Below, piece by piece: positions 38,401 to 51,300 of a stretch of DNA of 64,000 bases. How positions within the stretch are numbered: position 1 is the stretch's first letter; each line of letters begins with the position of its first letter. Under the pieces are notes generated by a model that saw only the letters and a list, made by a program, of their open reading frames with translations, was not told the origin of the DNA and ran no database searches. The stretch comes from Raillietiella orientalis (lineage: Eukaryota). Made by a program: the position numbers and the translations under genes. The DNA lies in NCBI GenBank assembly GCA_036172245.1, contig JAYWIR010000002.1, positions 3,906,001-3,970,000 of the forward strand, read 5' to 3'.

Positions 38401-40694
38401 CAGTTAATTTTGTTAGTTTTTATTGTTTATTATAGTTAGTTTCCTCTTTTTTTTTTCCTCTATTTTTGTTTCATCTCCCTTCTCCTTCGTGGACGTCATG
38501 GACCTCGCTGCCCCTCCCCCCGTTTTTTAGTGTAACAATCGGTGGGCCTTTGGGCTCCATTGATTCCTGTACATGTTGTTTTTCTTAAGACAAATAAACT
38601 TCCCGGAGCACCACAGTGTGAAACCAAGGCGCCGCCGCGCGCGAAGAGTCGAAGTCCTTGGAGGCATCCTCCGGAGACAGGAGCGTTGATCCCAGCCTCT
38701 GCCACATATCACGATTCGATCGTCGCGCACCCCTTAGGCAGTTCGAGGCTGCAGCTCCTCCAGAGACCAGGCGCTGGTTACGCTGGAAGCTCCGGTGCAC
38801 AGATGGCACCACTGCGTCCGTCCGCCGCAAGGAGAAACGCAAGTTCTTCGGGGGGCCGCACTCAACAGTTGTTGCCGCCGGAGGCGCCCCGACAACAAGG
38901 GCTGTGGCTGCGCTCACCAGCTGGCCCGTCTTCCATCCCCCTTCCGCGACCGGCGAACTTCTTCCCGAGAAAGCAGCGGTGTGGAGCATCCATGTCGCGA
39001 CGCTTATCCGGTCCTCCTTTTTCTTCGGCCCCACAGACTGCTGGGTGCGCCGTCAGGTCTGGTCTGACGAGGCGAGTTCTGAGGTCTGACGGGGGCTTTT
39101 CCAGATCGAAGGTGTAACTGAAGGTTCCTCTCGCCAGGATGCACATGCGAGCATCCCTCCCGAGGTTGACCTTTCATGGGGAAGCCGCGATGTCTTCCTT
39201 CGCGCCTTCTCACGAGGAATGCAGTGAACTGCAAAGGTCTTCCATCCATCCTTTCATGAAGCCTCAGGCGAACTCGAGGTCCGTGTCGCCCTCTGCTTCA
39301 AAACCCGACTGCAAAGCTCGTGAAGGATCACGACTTGACATCCTGCTGCCCACTTCACATGAACACCTGGATGATGGAAATCACTGGAAACGCGGGGCCT
39401 GGAAAATCGGCAGCAGCGGCGCCAACACCACCGCTCGGGGCAACTTCCCCAGCGAGATACTCGACGATGCCTTCCCGCGTTCCAACATCGCAAGAGCATT
39501 GGGGACGCTATGTGTCGTCTCCCATTCCATCAGTGGGAGGAGGAGGAGGAGGTGGATACGCCTGCGGCATGAGAGGTGGCCTGCCGGCCCGCGAGGTCCC
39601 CACGACCATCTCGACTGGCAAGCGCCGAAACTGTTGCTCCTGTTTACTCCTCTGAAGAGAACCCCGAAGGGACACTTCCGGATTTTCTCAGAAGGACGCT
39701 GCTTCCCCGAAGGGAGCGGCACGCTACTCTGCACTCTCTGGAGAGGTGGCTACACACCTACTCCATCAGTACGACGCGGAGAATCCCACCGGAATGGGGG
39801 GTCCACTCCTTTGCAACATTAGGAACAACAACTCCTTTGAAAATTAGGAACAGCAACGAGCGGGCATCGTGGGAAGTGTCCTACCTCATCCGAGGCAGGA
39901 GAAAACCAGTAAAGGCGTGGACGACTCGGGAGCTAGCGGACGCTGCCACCCCGAGCGTCCCGCCTCACGGACTTGCGCGCTGGGGAGAGCTGCTCGCAAT
40001 ACCTCCGGAGGAGGTGAAGTGGCTCCCAGCGTGTTGAGATAGCAGCACCCTTCCGTTGAAGTGGCAGGAGACGGCATTGCTCTTTCTGGATTGGAGAATT
40101 TTAAGCAGAGCACGCCTGTCTCACTGGACACTGGGGAACCTGGATGCCCATTGTATCGAGTGAGTTGAAAGGGAAACCTTCCCGCATCTTACATTCGAGT
40201 GTGTGGTCCTGGTTGGACTTTGGAGTCGACTTTCCCCAATCCTCCATATTCCAGTAGGCGCCCCTAAGGTCATTTACCGACGCCTCTTTCTGCGTAGACA
40301 GCCTAGACCCTGCTGAGTCTCTAGAAGTCCTCTGCTGCGTGTGTGGCATCGTGGAAAAGTGGAACGCTAGAAGAGGCCAAAGATGCAGGGACACCATCCA
40401 CTGGACGACGATCTCTTTGGAGACGGCGACAAGGTGACACCCAGCATCAAAGCAGAACTTGTCAGGATCCTGGATAGGATGCAGAGGACCGATCCAGGAG
40501 CCCAGTGATCCCCTTCCTGCCCTCCACTCCCCCATATAACTATTCCCCTCCCCGTTATTTCTCTTTTTGTTTCAGTTTCCCCTTCCCTTGAGCCTCGGGA
40601 GAGGACCTCGCCGGTCACAGCACCGGCTCCACGACAAGTCCTCAAGCGTGGGAGAACCAAGTGCTCCTCCACGAAAAACAATATTGATATTGAC

Positions 40695-40731
40695 TTTATT
40701 ATCTAATTTTGTATAAAATTAGAATAATAAA
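40695..40731. other. AT-rich palindrome carrying AATAAA on both strands
   Basis: TTTATTA-TCTAATTTT-GTAT-AAAATTAGA-A-TAATAAA forms a 16-bp stem with one bulge, embedded in GC-rich DNA. Confidence 0.7.
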
Positions 40732-42949
40732 TGCCCCGCCATATCCGGGTGATAAACTTCTTTGCACAGCCGGAGGGGAACTTCCATTCCTTGATTCCTG
40801 GAAGGACCCGAAGGTCGACTTCCATTTGTCCCGGCCCTCATCGGGGGCATCCGGTTTGAACCACTACCAGTGCCACACCCGAATGAATGGTGGCCAACCA
40901 GCGTCATCTTGCGAGAGAAACTCGAACTCACGACGCACTGCGCTGATTCATTTCGGAGTATTCGCACCCACGACTGTTGGTGACGCCACCCTCGGAGACC
41001 GTCACCATGTGGCCTCAGACGCTGGCCTGCAAAGGTGGCGGGGTTCCTCGGGTTTCTCATGCAAACTCCAGGATCCTGGCCTTCCTGGAGAACGTCCCTT
41101 CCTCCCTCTTCGTGGCCAGCAAACTTCCACAGCTTGCTGGTGCACTGCCACCCCTCCTCCTCTCCCTCCTCAAACCCGGGCCGTCACCACGCTTCGGCAG
41201 CGCCCAAAGAGTGCGTCCACTGCGGGGCAGACTTCCGCGCGCTCTTCCCGCGAAGAGGAAGGCGGCGGCGGGGACGGGGGCGTTGCATCGCGACGGCACT
41301 TCCGCTACCCACGCTGCACCGGAGATCCCGTTCCGGCGCTGTTTCTCTTCTCCAGGGAGACCAGCTACCTCTTCCTCGCCTCTGCGGAAGAACGTGGTCG
41401 TCATCCCGGGGAGGGGCAGCCTCCACCTACTACACGCGAAGGGATGTGAAATGGCTCGACCTGCAGCCTGTGGCACGAGGGAACCCTCGGGCGATTGCGG
41501 ACAGATGAAGCCGGTGCCGGTGCACGCCACCCCCTAGCAGCCGCTTCCCTATCCGGCGTGAGACCTCGAAGATAGCGGCCATTCCATTCCCTACGTATTT
41601 CTTTATCTGTCGTCCCTCCCTCCCTCCTCCTCCTCCTTCCCTTCCCCACTTCCCTATTTCTGTCCCCAGTGGGGGTAGTCCTGGCTACAAACCCGTCCGC
41701 GGAGAAGATGCCTGCAGCTTGAACGACAAAAGCAGCCCGTCTTCGAGAGGAGCCGAGCCTGTGATTCTCCTGCAGCTGCCCCAACTTCAACGCTCGTCAC
41801 CTGGGCCAGTGCCCAGAAGCTCCGAGCCCCCCACATCGCGGCTGGAGGTAGTTCCTTCCGGGTTGACCCGAGTGGCCCGCCACGCGTCTTGTCACGGCCC
41901 CTTCCTCATGTGGGGAAGGAGTGATGGGAGGGACAGGCTGTCACCTACCGGAGGGGAGGGGTCGGGGTTCTTCGTACATTCGGAAGCGACGAAACTCCAG
42001 GGTAAATGGTCGCCGCCGTCGCCACCAGCCAGCTGGCTTGGCGGCCCTATGTGTTAGGGCCGAGCGGAGACTGCATCGAGCTGCCCCCCGGAACCCCCTT
42101 CCTGTCCCCTTGGGGTAGCAGCACACGGAGGCGCTCCACTTGCATCGAGCAGCTCCGTGCAGGGAGCACCCTCCCTGCGGACGGGGATGCGAGAGGGCGA
42201 GCGAGACGAACCCTCCCCTCCGATTTGGGAGGTTCCCGCTCCCAGAGCGAATGTCGCCTCTCCCTCCCCCCTCCCCCTGCTCTCCCAATCGCAGTCTTCC
42301 TGTGCATCACTCCACGGGCGGCGGGACAGTAAGGGTCACTGACCTAGCGGCCTCCCTGCCAGGAGGAGAGGGGAGACGGAGTTTCTTACGTACAGGACGG
42401 ACTCTCGAGGGAGTGGTCGGAGATCTGTGACCTTTCCCAACCGCCCAATGTTTGCTCTATTTATAACGTCGATTTTGCATTTATTGCTTCCTCCCCTACA
42501 GCCCTCCCTGGTGAACGCATCATTGCGCTGCAGGGAGTTCTGGTCTGGACTTAGCAGGAAGGTAGCCTCCCACCCGCACGCCTATTCCTATGTGTATGTA
42601 TTTAATTATCTCCTTCCCCTCCTCTACTCATGTAATTTGAACGACCTGGCGTGCGCGAACGACAGGAGCGACGATCGCGCATGCGCAACCGGACTAGTGC
42701 GGTGGCGGTGGCCTTCGCAATGGAGCCTGGGAAGTGGAGGGAGAGTTGCGAGCGGGCGACGGCAAGGGCAGCTGCAGAGCGGGGACGAGCACCTCCCTCC
42801 TGAGGAACAGGAGGGAGGTGGGAAGAAAGGAGCAAAGACAGGCACGGTACGGGCGGGGACATCAACGACGCCGCAAACCCCGGGAAGACGGATGGGAAAC
42901 TGGACGGCATCCGCGCGACCGGTCATGCGTGCGCGAGAGACGCCGCCTC

Positions 42950-43206
42950 TCGGGAATCGAGGCGCGTGCGCGTTCTCACCGCCATTGCCCATCCCCATCC
43001 CCACCAAGTGCGCGCGCGCGCTCTCGGCGCTCGCGAGTTCCGCGTGGCGCGCAGGCCTTTCGCAGCTGCCAGCTATCAGGCGCCTCGCAAGCGAAGTGCG
43101 TGGGCGTCTTCCTGTTCGAGCGGTGCTTCCCCTCGGTGTGCACGCGTGAGAGACGCCGCAATCGGCGAGGGTGGGACAGGACCGCAGCGTGTGACCCTAG
43201 GTGAGT
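42950..43206 (+). promoter_or_regulatory. CpG-dense putative promoter and non-coding first exon of the METTL7-like gene
   Basis: A CGCG-rich tract ends in a consensus donor, TAG|GTGAGT, at 43201. A candidate acceptor, CCTCCAG, ends at 43999 just before the ATG at 44014. Confidence 0.4.
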
Positions 43207-44013
43207 ATGGGCAGCAACAACCCTGCACCCCTTCCGGGAAGAGCGAAGGCAAGGGGAGGGGTGGCGCTGGCAACTGCCAGGCAATGGAGCGTGGCTTCGC
43301 GCACGCGCGCAGCCGCTGCAGTCGCGTGCCCGTGGGCGGATGGTGCGCGTCAGAGCGAGTGCGCGCTCGCTCGCGTCGTCTGCTCTCTCCGATGAATTTC
43401 TGGTGTGCATGTGGTGGTGATGTATGGAAGGAGGGGGTCCTGGTCTGTTGCGTGGGTGACGGGAGAAGTGCGGGCTGAGGAGAAGCCACGGTGGACACTT
43501 CGCGGTAGGGGTTGCCCACGAAGCTGCCGCAGGCGATGGACAGAGCTGACGCGCGCGTGATGCCAGAGGTTGGCGGAGGAAGGAGGAGGGGAAGGATGAC
43601 GCTAAGGAGGGATTCCAGCCGGGCCGCTGCATGTTCACCCGCGCGCGCGCGCGTCTTGCATCGCTTGCCGAGCTTTTCGCCGCGGGCGAGGCGCGGACTC
43701 CGCCAGGCTGCGTTGTCCCTGCTGCCGTGGCGCGCCTTCTCGGTGTCGACGCCCGATTGGGGCGGCCGCCTCTCCGGCAGCAGCCCGTCACGGGCTCTCC
43801 GCTCGTCCCCCAAGCCATCCCAGACGCAACCCGGACGATTTGTCTGGCTGACGGGGCAAAAAACCAGGCGCGTGCCGGTGGCAGTGCGGCCACGCGCCGC
43901 AGCCGGCCTCCCGCCTTCCCGCCGCTCCGGCAAGCAGCAGCAGCAGCACCGGGCGCCCTTCTTCCAGAGAGCTTCCAGGAGAACCGGGTTATCCTCCAGC
44001 CTTCCCTGCGAAG

Positions 44014-44968
44014 ATGCTGCCCTTCTATTTGTTCGTGACCATCTGGATCCTGTCCATGCTGCTGAGCAGGAAGAGGAGGGAGCGGTGAGCCGCGCTCCGC
44101 GCCTCCCCGCTCTTCTACTCCTTCTCCAGGCTGTTCGCCCGCTTCCTCGATAAGTTCGGGCGGTGGTACGACCAGGCCGCCCGCGGCATCAAGGAAGAGC
44201 ACTTCCGGGAGCTCAAGGAAGCCGGCGAGGGCGGAAAGAGTTTCGTGCTGATGGACCTGGGCGTGGGGGCGGGTGAGGTCGCGCTCCTGCGTTTCTCTCT
44301 ACCTACTCCCTCAGGGCCCAACATGGACCTGTACCCGACCAACTGCACCCTGGTCGCTGTCGACATCAACGGAGGAGTTCGCGACTACTTCGACCGCTAC
44401 AGTCCGCGCTTCCGCGGGGGCGACGACGCGCCCTTCCTGGGTTCTTCTGAGCCCCGGTTCATGAATCTGTCCGGGGAGGACCTGAAGGAGGTGCCCGACG
44501 CCAGCGTAGACGTGGTGACCACCACCCTCGTGCTCTGCAGCGTCTCCGATACGCGCAAGGTCTTGCAGGAGGTGCTGCGCGTGCTGCGACCGGTGAGCGA
44601 GCGAAGGGAGCTCTCGACCCCCTTCACCCCTGCTTCGGCTTCCCACCCTCATTCGTTTGTTCGCCCTTTTTTCTTTTTCTTTTTTTCTAACTCCCCCTCC
44701 CCTACCCACCCAGGGCGGCAAGTACTTCTTCATGGAACACGTCGCTGCCAAGAAAGGTTCGTTTCTGTATGTGGTGCAGTGGCTGCTGATGCAGCTGGAG
44801 ATCTGGCCGTTCTTCTTTCTGGGGTGCTCCCTCACCCGGGACATCGCCGCCGACCTGGAGAGCGCGGGTTTCCGGCACATCAAGCTGACCCGCTACGAGC
44901 TGCGCCACCCCCGAAATGCGCTCTTCTGGTTCATCAGGCCCCACATCCGGGGCGTCGCTGTGAAGTGA
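44014..44968 (+). CDS. METTL7/TMT1-like SAM-dependent (thiol) methyltransferase. Exons 44014-44084, 44130-44272, 44315-44592, 44714-44968
   Basis: Hydrophobic N-terminus MLPFYLFVTIWILSMLL, motif I LMDLGVGAGPNMDLYP, GEDLKEVPDASVDVVTTTLVLCSV, VLQEVLRVLRPGGKYFFMEHV, GCSLTRDI and RPHIRGVAVK*. GT-AG introns of 45, 42 and 121 nt. AATAAA at 45060-45065. Confidence 0.93.
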
Positions 44969-47799
44969 TCCGGGTCGGGAGGCCCCTCCCCCCGCAGCCA
45001 GCACTCCCGGAACCAGGTCCTCCTCTAGGAGGCGGCGCGGCCCGTATCGGGGACGGGGCAATAAAAAGTTGCCTCGCATGCTCTCCTCCGAAGCTGCCGG
45101 GGCCGGGCGTACTGCTCGGAGACTGCCCCGGGAGGAGAGAAGGGCCGAAAAGGAGGGGAGGTGAGAAGACGGGGACTTCCAGGGGCACCGTCTTCCTCCT
45201 CCGACCGACGCTCGGCGATGACTTCGGCGCATCGCGACTCGCAGCCCCTGCGGACCCCGCTTTACTCGGTCTCTGCTGCAGATCATCGCGTTCCTAGGTA
45301 TCTCCGTCTCCTGCAGGTGTTGGCGGAGCCCTCTTCCAGGGCGATCGGTGCGGGAAAAGGTGGCGAGGGGAAGGGAGCACAGTCTCCGGCCTGTGGTCCT
45401 TGAACCTTCCTCGAGCCCCGACGGGACGTTACCTGCCCTTCATAGAGAGACGGGATGACCGCGGAGGAAGTCTCTGCGAGGGGTGTCTTGCAGTGGGCAG
45501 TCCGCCGAGCCCCGACCTTTCTGCCGAGCCACGAGGTGTCCTCCCTTGCCGCTCTCCCTCTTTTCCCCCGCGGTGCTTTCGCCTGCTCGGAACTGCACGC
45601 GCCAGGTGAAAGGTCCACCAACTGCAGTCTGGGAGTGAACCCATTAGAAGAGGGTCCGGTCAGCAGGTGCTTTTGCCCACTCTCCGCTGCTGCTACCGGA
45701 ACCCCTCTCCAGAATTTCTGATACGGCTGACGGAGACTGGAAACGGCTATCTTCGTGACCTCGACCCTACGCAGCGTCCATCCCTGAAGCAGGCGCTCGA
45801 AACGCGCCTCAGGGAAGGGAGCCGTCGGAGCACCCACGGGCAGTACAAGAAATGGATCCCCGGGTCCACTCGTTTCACCTTCCGCTCTCCCCTCCCCTTG
45901 GCTCGCCCTCCCGGTACATGTGGTCCCCACGGCAGCTTCCAAGTTTCTCCATGGAAACGCGCGGTAGGAATCTCCGTCCTCAAAGGCTGTCTGTCCGACT
46001 ATCCACGAGCACACTGCTCGTGCTCCCCTGGTACAACTACCCCCACACGGCACACTCCCAGAGCCGCTGAGATCGGAGGCCTCGAGCATCTGAAGCTCGG
46101 CGGGCCGGGGAGCCGCGCTCCAGACGAGCGAAGAGGGACCTTGCTCCCCACCTCACACCATCATCCTACATGAGGTGACTGCTGCTGTCGAGGCAGCTGC
46201 CACTTCGAGGGAGGCTCCCACCTGGTGGTGTTCCCACCCCGATCTGGCAGGGGATCAGGAGCGGAGGAGAGGGAAGAAGGGAAGGAGGGGACGCCGGAGA
46301 CAGAGGAGGAGACCGACGGCAACTTTTTTCCGCCTCGCCACCCTCTCCCCATCTTGCCTGGAATCCAGGACGCGGCCGCCAGGGAAGGGTCCGGGACCGG
46401 CCACGTGCTCGCTCCTTCCTCGCGGGAGTGCAGCGAACGCCTCGGGCGAGGGTAGGCAGGAGGGCCGCGCGCGCGGCCTTCGTCGTGCGGAGGACACACC
46501 GGCGCTGAGCTCCGGAAGCGCATCCTTCCCGCGAAGGGTCTCCCCCGGGGACTCCCTTCACCAAGAGGCGGAGCTCCGTGAGCGACGGGAGACGGACCGA
46601 AGGATGATGCGAGAAGGAACCGTCCGCCGGCAGGGGTCCACCGGCCGGAGATGCGGCCCTACCCTCGACCAGCTGCACTAGCTGGCTCCTCTGCCGGGCC
46701 TCGCTCCGTCCTTCCCCGCGGGTCTCTCGCCTCCCCGCGTTGCCAAGGGCAGCGAGACTATTTCCTCCCTTCCTTGAGGTGAACAAAGGATCGATCTCCT
46801 CCTCTGATCGGGAAGAGCCGCGTCCCAGAAACCAGTGGGCTGCTGCCCCTTCTTCCAGTTGTTGGCCTGGTCGCGGCGATCTCCCTGCGGCGCTTCTCAT
46901 CGCAAGGATCAACTCCGACGAGGGTCGAGGCAGACTCCTACTCCCCCCCCCCTCGGGTGCCTTCCTGGAGGATGGTGGTCGGTGCTGCGCCATGCAGAAG
47001 CAGAGGCGGGAGGAGAGCAAGTGGAGCTCTCCCCCTAGAAGGGGAGAAGTGACTGAAGGGGAAGGACGAGAGTATGCCAAGAGGACCTAGGAGGCCCGTG
47101 TCGAGCGCGAGCCTCAGTGCTTCCCACTGCAAGGGCGCCGTTACCTGGAGACGACCTTGGCCAAGGAAGTTGGCCGGAGGGAGCCCTACCCGAGCACGAC
47201 GAAGAATGCGAAGACGAGAGAGACAGAGGCTACGGTGACCGCCTTGTGGTGGTGAAGGGATTTCCCTCTTCCCCCGTTTCCCGAGACGACGGCGAAGGTC
47301 ACGCGCTGCCAATCCTGCCTCGGAGCTGGGGACAGACAGTCTCAAAATCTTCCGGAGCACCGTAACCACTGCGACTTCCCCCCCTCCTTCCCCGACTTTT
47401 CCGCCGCTTGCACTGCCACCAGCCAGGAAGCAACAAAGGGATGCGCGTGCCCTCGGGCTGGCTGCCGCGCTTAAGCGAACTGAATGCTCCCCGGAGGGGG
47501 AAATGCGCCTCCTCCTCTTCCTTCTGTATTTATGGCTCTGGAGACCCGCCGCAGCCTTCGGTCCGATGCCCCCGAGTGCTCCCGCCTTATCTCATCCGCC
47601 CTACCCCCTCCCTCCTTCCAGTTCGAGGAAGGTGGCGTCGGGGAGGAACGCGTCATCTGGGCGGGCCCTGTCCGTGGGTCACCTAGGCCCCTGGAGGCTG
47701 GCGGCCTTCTCATCCCCGCCCTTCTCCTAGGTGGCTCCCTCCAGAGCCTGCAGTCAGTCTTTCAGACCTGTAATCCTACCCTCTTATCGGAGGCGTCGC

Positions 47800-50700
47800 C
47801 TCCGTTCCCGAGGAGTAGGAAGGATCGACCTCTCCCATTCCTCAGCCTCCCATTCCTGAGCTCCTGCCAACGTCAGGCCTCCTGGACCGGCTGGTGCCGG
47901 CAATCCGGGAACGCAGGGGAGAGGCGCCGTGCCGCGAAAGAGGAGGAAGAGAGTCTGGATGTCTTGCACGGTTTCCCCCGTCTTTTCCCATCGGAAACGC
48001 GTGGTGACCATGTTGTGAGCCACGACACGCAGCACCCCACTGGACAGGAAGGCACAACGTGCAAGGACGACCCTCTGCAGGAACTACGTGTGCCGCTCCG
48101 TTCCCGAAGAGGTTGTCCCTCCGGGAACTGTGGATGAGCACTGTTCGCAGCTGTTTCTGTTGCAGGAGCCCCGCCCGTCCGAGGTACCGCATGTGCGGGG
48201 TGGGGGAGATCTGGGAGCGGCTTCTCGGTCCATCTGGATGGCCTCGGGACTCCGGGAGTCTCCCTGTTGCCGGCCAGGTGCATGGCGGGAAAACTTGCCT
48301 TCTCGTCTTTTGTGGCTTCTAAGGTTCTCCCTCGCCACCACGGGTTTTGACAGCCGCCTCAGATGTTCCGGAATCCCTCAACTTCCAGAACCGCCGCTGA
48401 GTGAAACCAAGGAGCGTCCGTCCACTCTGCCGACCTTATGCATCCGGGTGGCTCCATGGCTGAGAGCTCTCCTGCACAGAAACGTGCCAGAAATCTTCAA
48501 CGCCGTCTGGAACCAGCTGCCAACCTAACCGGTCTAGGGGCGGGATCGGGTCGCGTCGAACCTGGGTGATCATGAGCGGAAGCGCAATGCCAACCTTCAT
48601 GCCACCTGCTCATGAGGAAAGGAAGAGGAAGGGAAGGAAGAGAACGCAGTCTGGAGGGGAGTCCATCTGTCGAATCCAGAGATCGTGAAAGATCGTCGTT
48701 GTTAATGGCAGGGGACGAGATCACCCTTGTATGACCTCGGAAAGTCATTGCACGGAGCATCGCCATCCGGATGATTCGCCATCCTCAGGAGACTGGGAGT
48801 CAGACTCTCCGGAGGTTCCCTGAAGAGATGCTGCTCCCCGAGGATCGAGGAAAGGGGAGGGAAGTCTCGAGCCCTGAGGCGGTTTAGGCCCACGCCACCA
48901 GTTGCAAAGCTGACGCTTTGGCATTCTTCACACTTTGGGGAGCCCCGCCTCGTCGCTTCCGAGGTCCTCCGGGCACTTGGAGGCACCCCCATACCCGTCA
49001 GTTGCCTGGAGGTCGGGATACCGGACCGAACGGGGAGGAGCAGGTAGGAGCTCCCCTTCCCAAGAGCGCCCACCGACGAGAGACCTCGACGCATCCTCGC
49101 ACGACCTTGTCGCAGCAGAAGCTCTACGCTCCTGCAGCTTATCGCTTCTTCTCCTTGCACGTGCGTTTAGTCAGGGTCGCGCATCGGCGGCTTCAGGTCT
49201 CGCGTACCCATGCTACTCCACTCTCTTCTTCCTCCTCCCTTCCTCCTCCAATCTTCCTGGATTGGATGGTAATGTGATCGGCGACATGGGCACTGCCACC
49301 ACCGTGATCTCCTCACCGTTGCAGGAGCCGCAGGGATCCTAAAGATGTCCCCGAGACGCAGGCACGAAGGAGCCGTCCCCTTCTTGTGGGTGGCTGGGTG
49401 AGGAAGTTCCAGTGCGTTGCCGACCAGGCTGTGATGAGATTCCCGAGGTCTATCCCAAGGATCGCAGGATGGCTGGCGTGACCTCGAACGCAATGCAGTG
49501 CGTTCGATCCATTCGATCGGCAAATTCTCCGCGCCGGAAGCCAGAATCTGCTCCATATCTTTTTCGGAAACCCGGGAACAGCGAAGCCAGGAGACAAGGT
49601 GAGTTACGTTTCTCTTTTTCGAGGGGCAGGTTTCCCGCCTCCATCGAGTAGCCTTCCTCGGGGAGGAGATCGTTTGGGGATCACCTCTCCCTCAACCTTG
49701 CAGAAGGAGGACCTCCACAGGGAGCTCCTGCTCCAAGGGGCACACCTATCCACCCTCCTCTTCCGAGATCAGGGCCATCTGCGGGGGTTGTCCAAGGCAG
49801 CGTCCGACTGCCTGGTTGGACCTCGCGCAGATGAGGTCCACTGGATGGGTCGCCGTTCTCGCCCGAAGAGCGCACCACCGAAAGCAGCTTTCCCCTGCAC
49901 CTCGAAAAAGAGAGACTTCAGGGGAGTAATGTGACCTCAGAGGAGGTCTCCGGGAAAGAGGAAGGGCGCACCTGCTTCTCGTGGTTCCCTGGGACTCCTT
50001 CTCCCTTGCCTTCTTGACCATCCCGTGGCTGGAAGCATCCTCAAGGTGGGGTCAGCGATGGCTACCACACCAGGGCGTGAACTGCAATCGCAGCACTGCA
50101 GAAGAATATCACTGCAGATGGAGCGTTTCTGCGATGCGCGCAGGGAAGCTGGAACCGAAGGGGAGAGATCTGGAATCCACTGCAGAGATCACTGGTGAGT
50201 TCTGGCGTGCTTGGGGAGGGAGGATGAAGGGAGGGGGAGTCCCCCTTTCTCCAGAGAAGAGAGAGAAAAAGGAGAGAAAGAGGGAATGCCTCCGACTGAC
50301 CTCGAACAATCCTTCTGATGGGGGTCAACATCCCTAGAACCCGGGGAATCGACATCGGTCCACTTGACAGTGGCAACCTTGGGCCCCTTCCTGTGTTCCT
50401 GCCGTCGTCCCTGGTCCCGACTTGCTTCCAAGATTGCCGTCACAGGACACAGGGTTGATGTTGCCGCCGCCTTTGGGTAGGTCTTCGGCGCCTTAGGTCT
50501 ATCCATCTCCGGGCACCACAAGATAGGCTGCCCGCACTAGTCTCCATTCCAAGCTTTAGGGTCGGCCACTCCATCAAGCGGCGAAGGATGACCTCTGTTA
50601 TCCCACACCTGCTGCCTGCGACTCAGGAGCTTCCCCCATTCCCCGTTGCGCGGCAGGGGACTCCCGCCATGTTTACTTTTGAATTTGCTTGCACCCTGCA

Positions 50701-51300
50701 AGCGGAAGGAGGGAGAAAGGGAAGGGTTGTTGGCTAAAGAGGTTTTCCACCATCCCCTCATAATGACCATCTCATCACTTCAGAATGCTTTCACGAGACG
50801 CCTCCCTCACGTCCTCCGACGCGGTCTCATACGACTTGAGCGGCCGGTGACCGAAACCGTCGCTCCGAGCAGGTACCCCGCGAAGGTTGGATGGCAGGAC
50901 ACTCATCCCAAAGTCTCTTCTACGGGATATCTTTGGCATCCCGAAGAACACAACATCGTTTGTGGGATCCCACATCCCAGGTCACGGTAGCTCCTGCGGT
51001 CTCCCGGGACGGCGACCTTTGATGCGGAGTTGAGCGCCGGTTTGTGATGCATCCTGGGTCTACCAGCGCAGAGACAGGCTGTTCTCACGGGCACCTCGCA
51101 TCCACGATGACCGCCATACCTGTCCCCGCACAGAACCAGGTCTCGAGGTCCGGGATGGTCCGCTGCTGTGTGCCGCAACCTCCACTGTGCTGCCCTCCAC
51201 GGTGCAGAGGTCGCTGATCCGCTGAGAGCGTCCTTCCACCTAACCTCCGAGCCTCCTACACATCTGTTCAGCCTTCTTTTCCGGAGGACGGTGCGAAGGA
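47800..51300 (-). mobile_element. Degenerate GC-rich LINE fossil (ORF1 zinc knuckles through RT)
   Basis: Minus strand, in order: HTAADH..LCGD..GH.GC..ACLCAG..H (51170-51050, gag-like knuckles), ADGPDLG (49780), SGFRRG (49540), FGPVSRP..QLTGMGVPP (49000), VIQG..SP (48730) and IQMDRE...MRYLG (48190). Spacing is expanded by insertions. Confidence 0.55.

Noticed and set aside
414-44968. Two SAM-dependent methyltransferases in one window as a functional cluster
   Set aside because: They are 39 kb apart, from unrelated families, and separated by unrelated genes and repeats.
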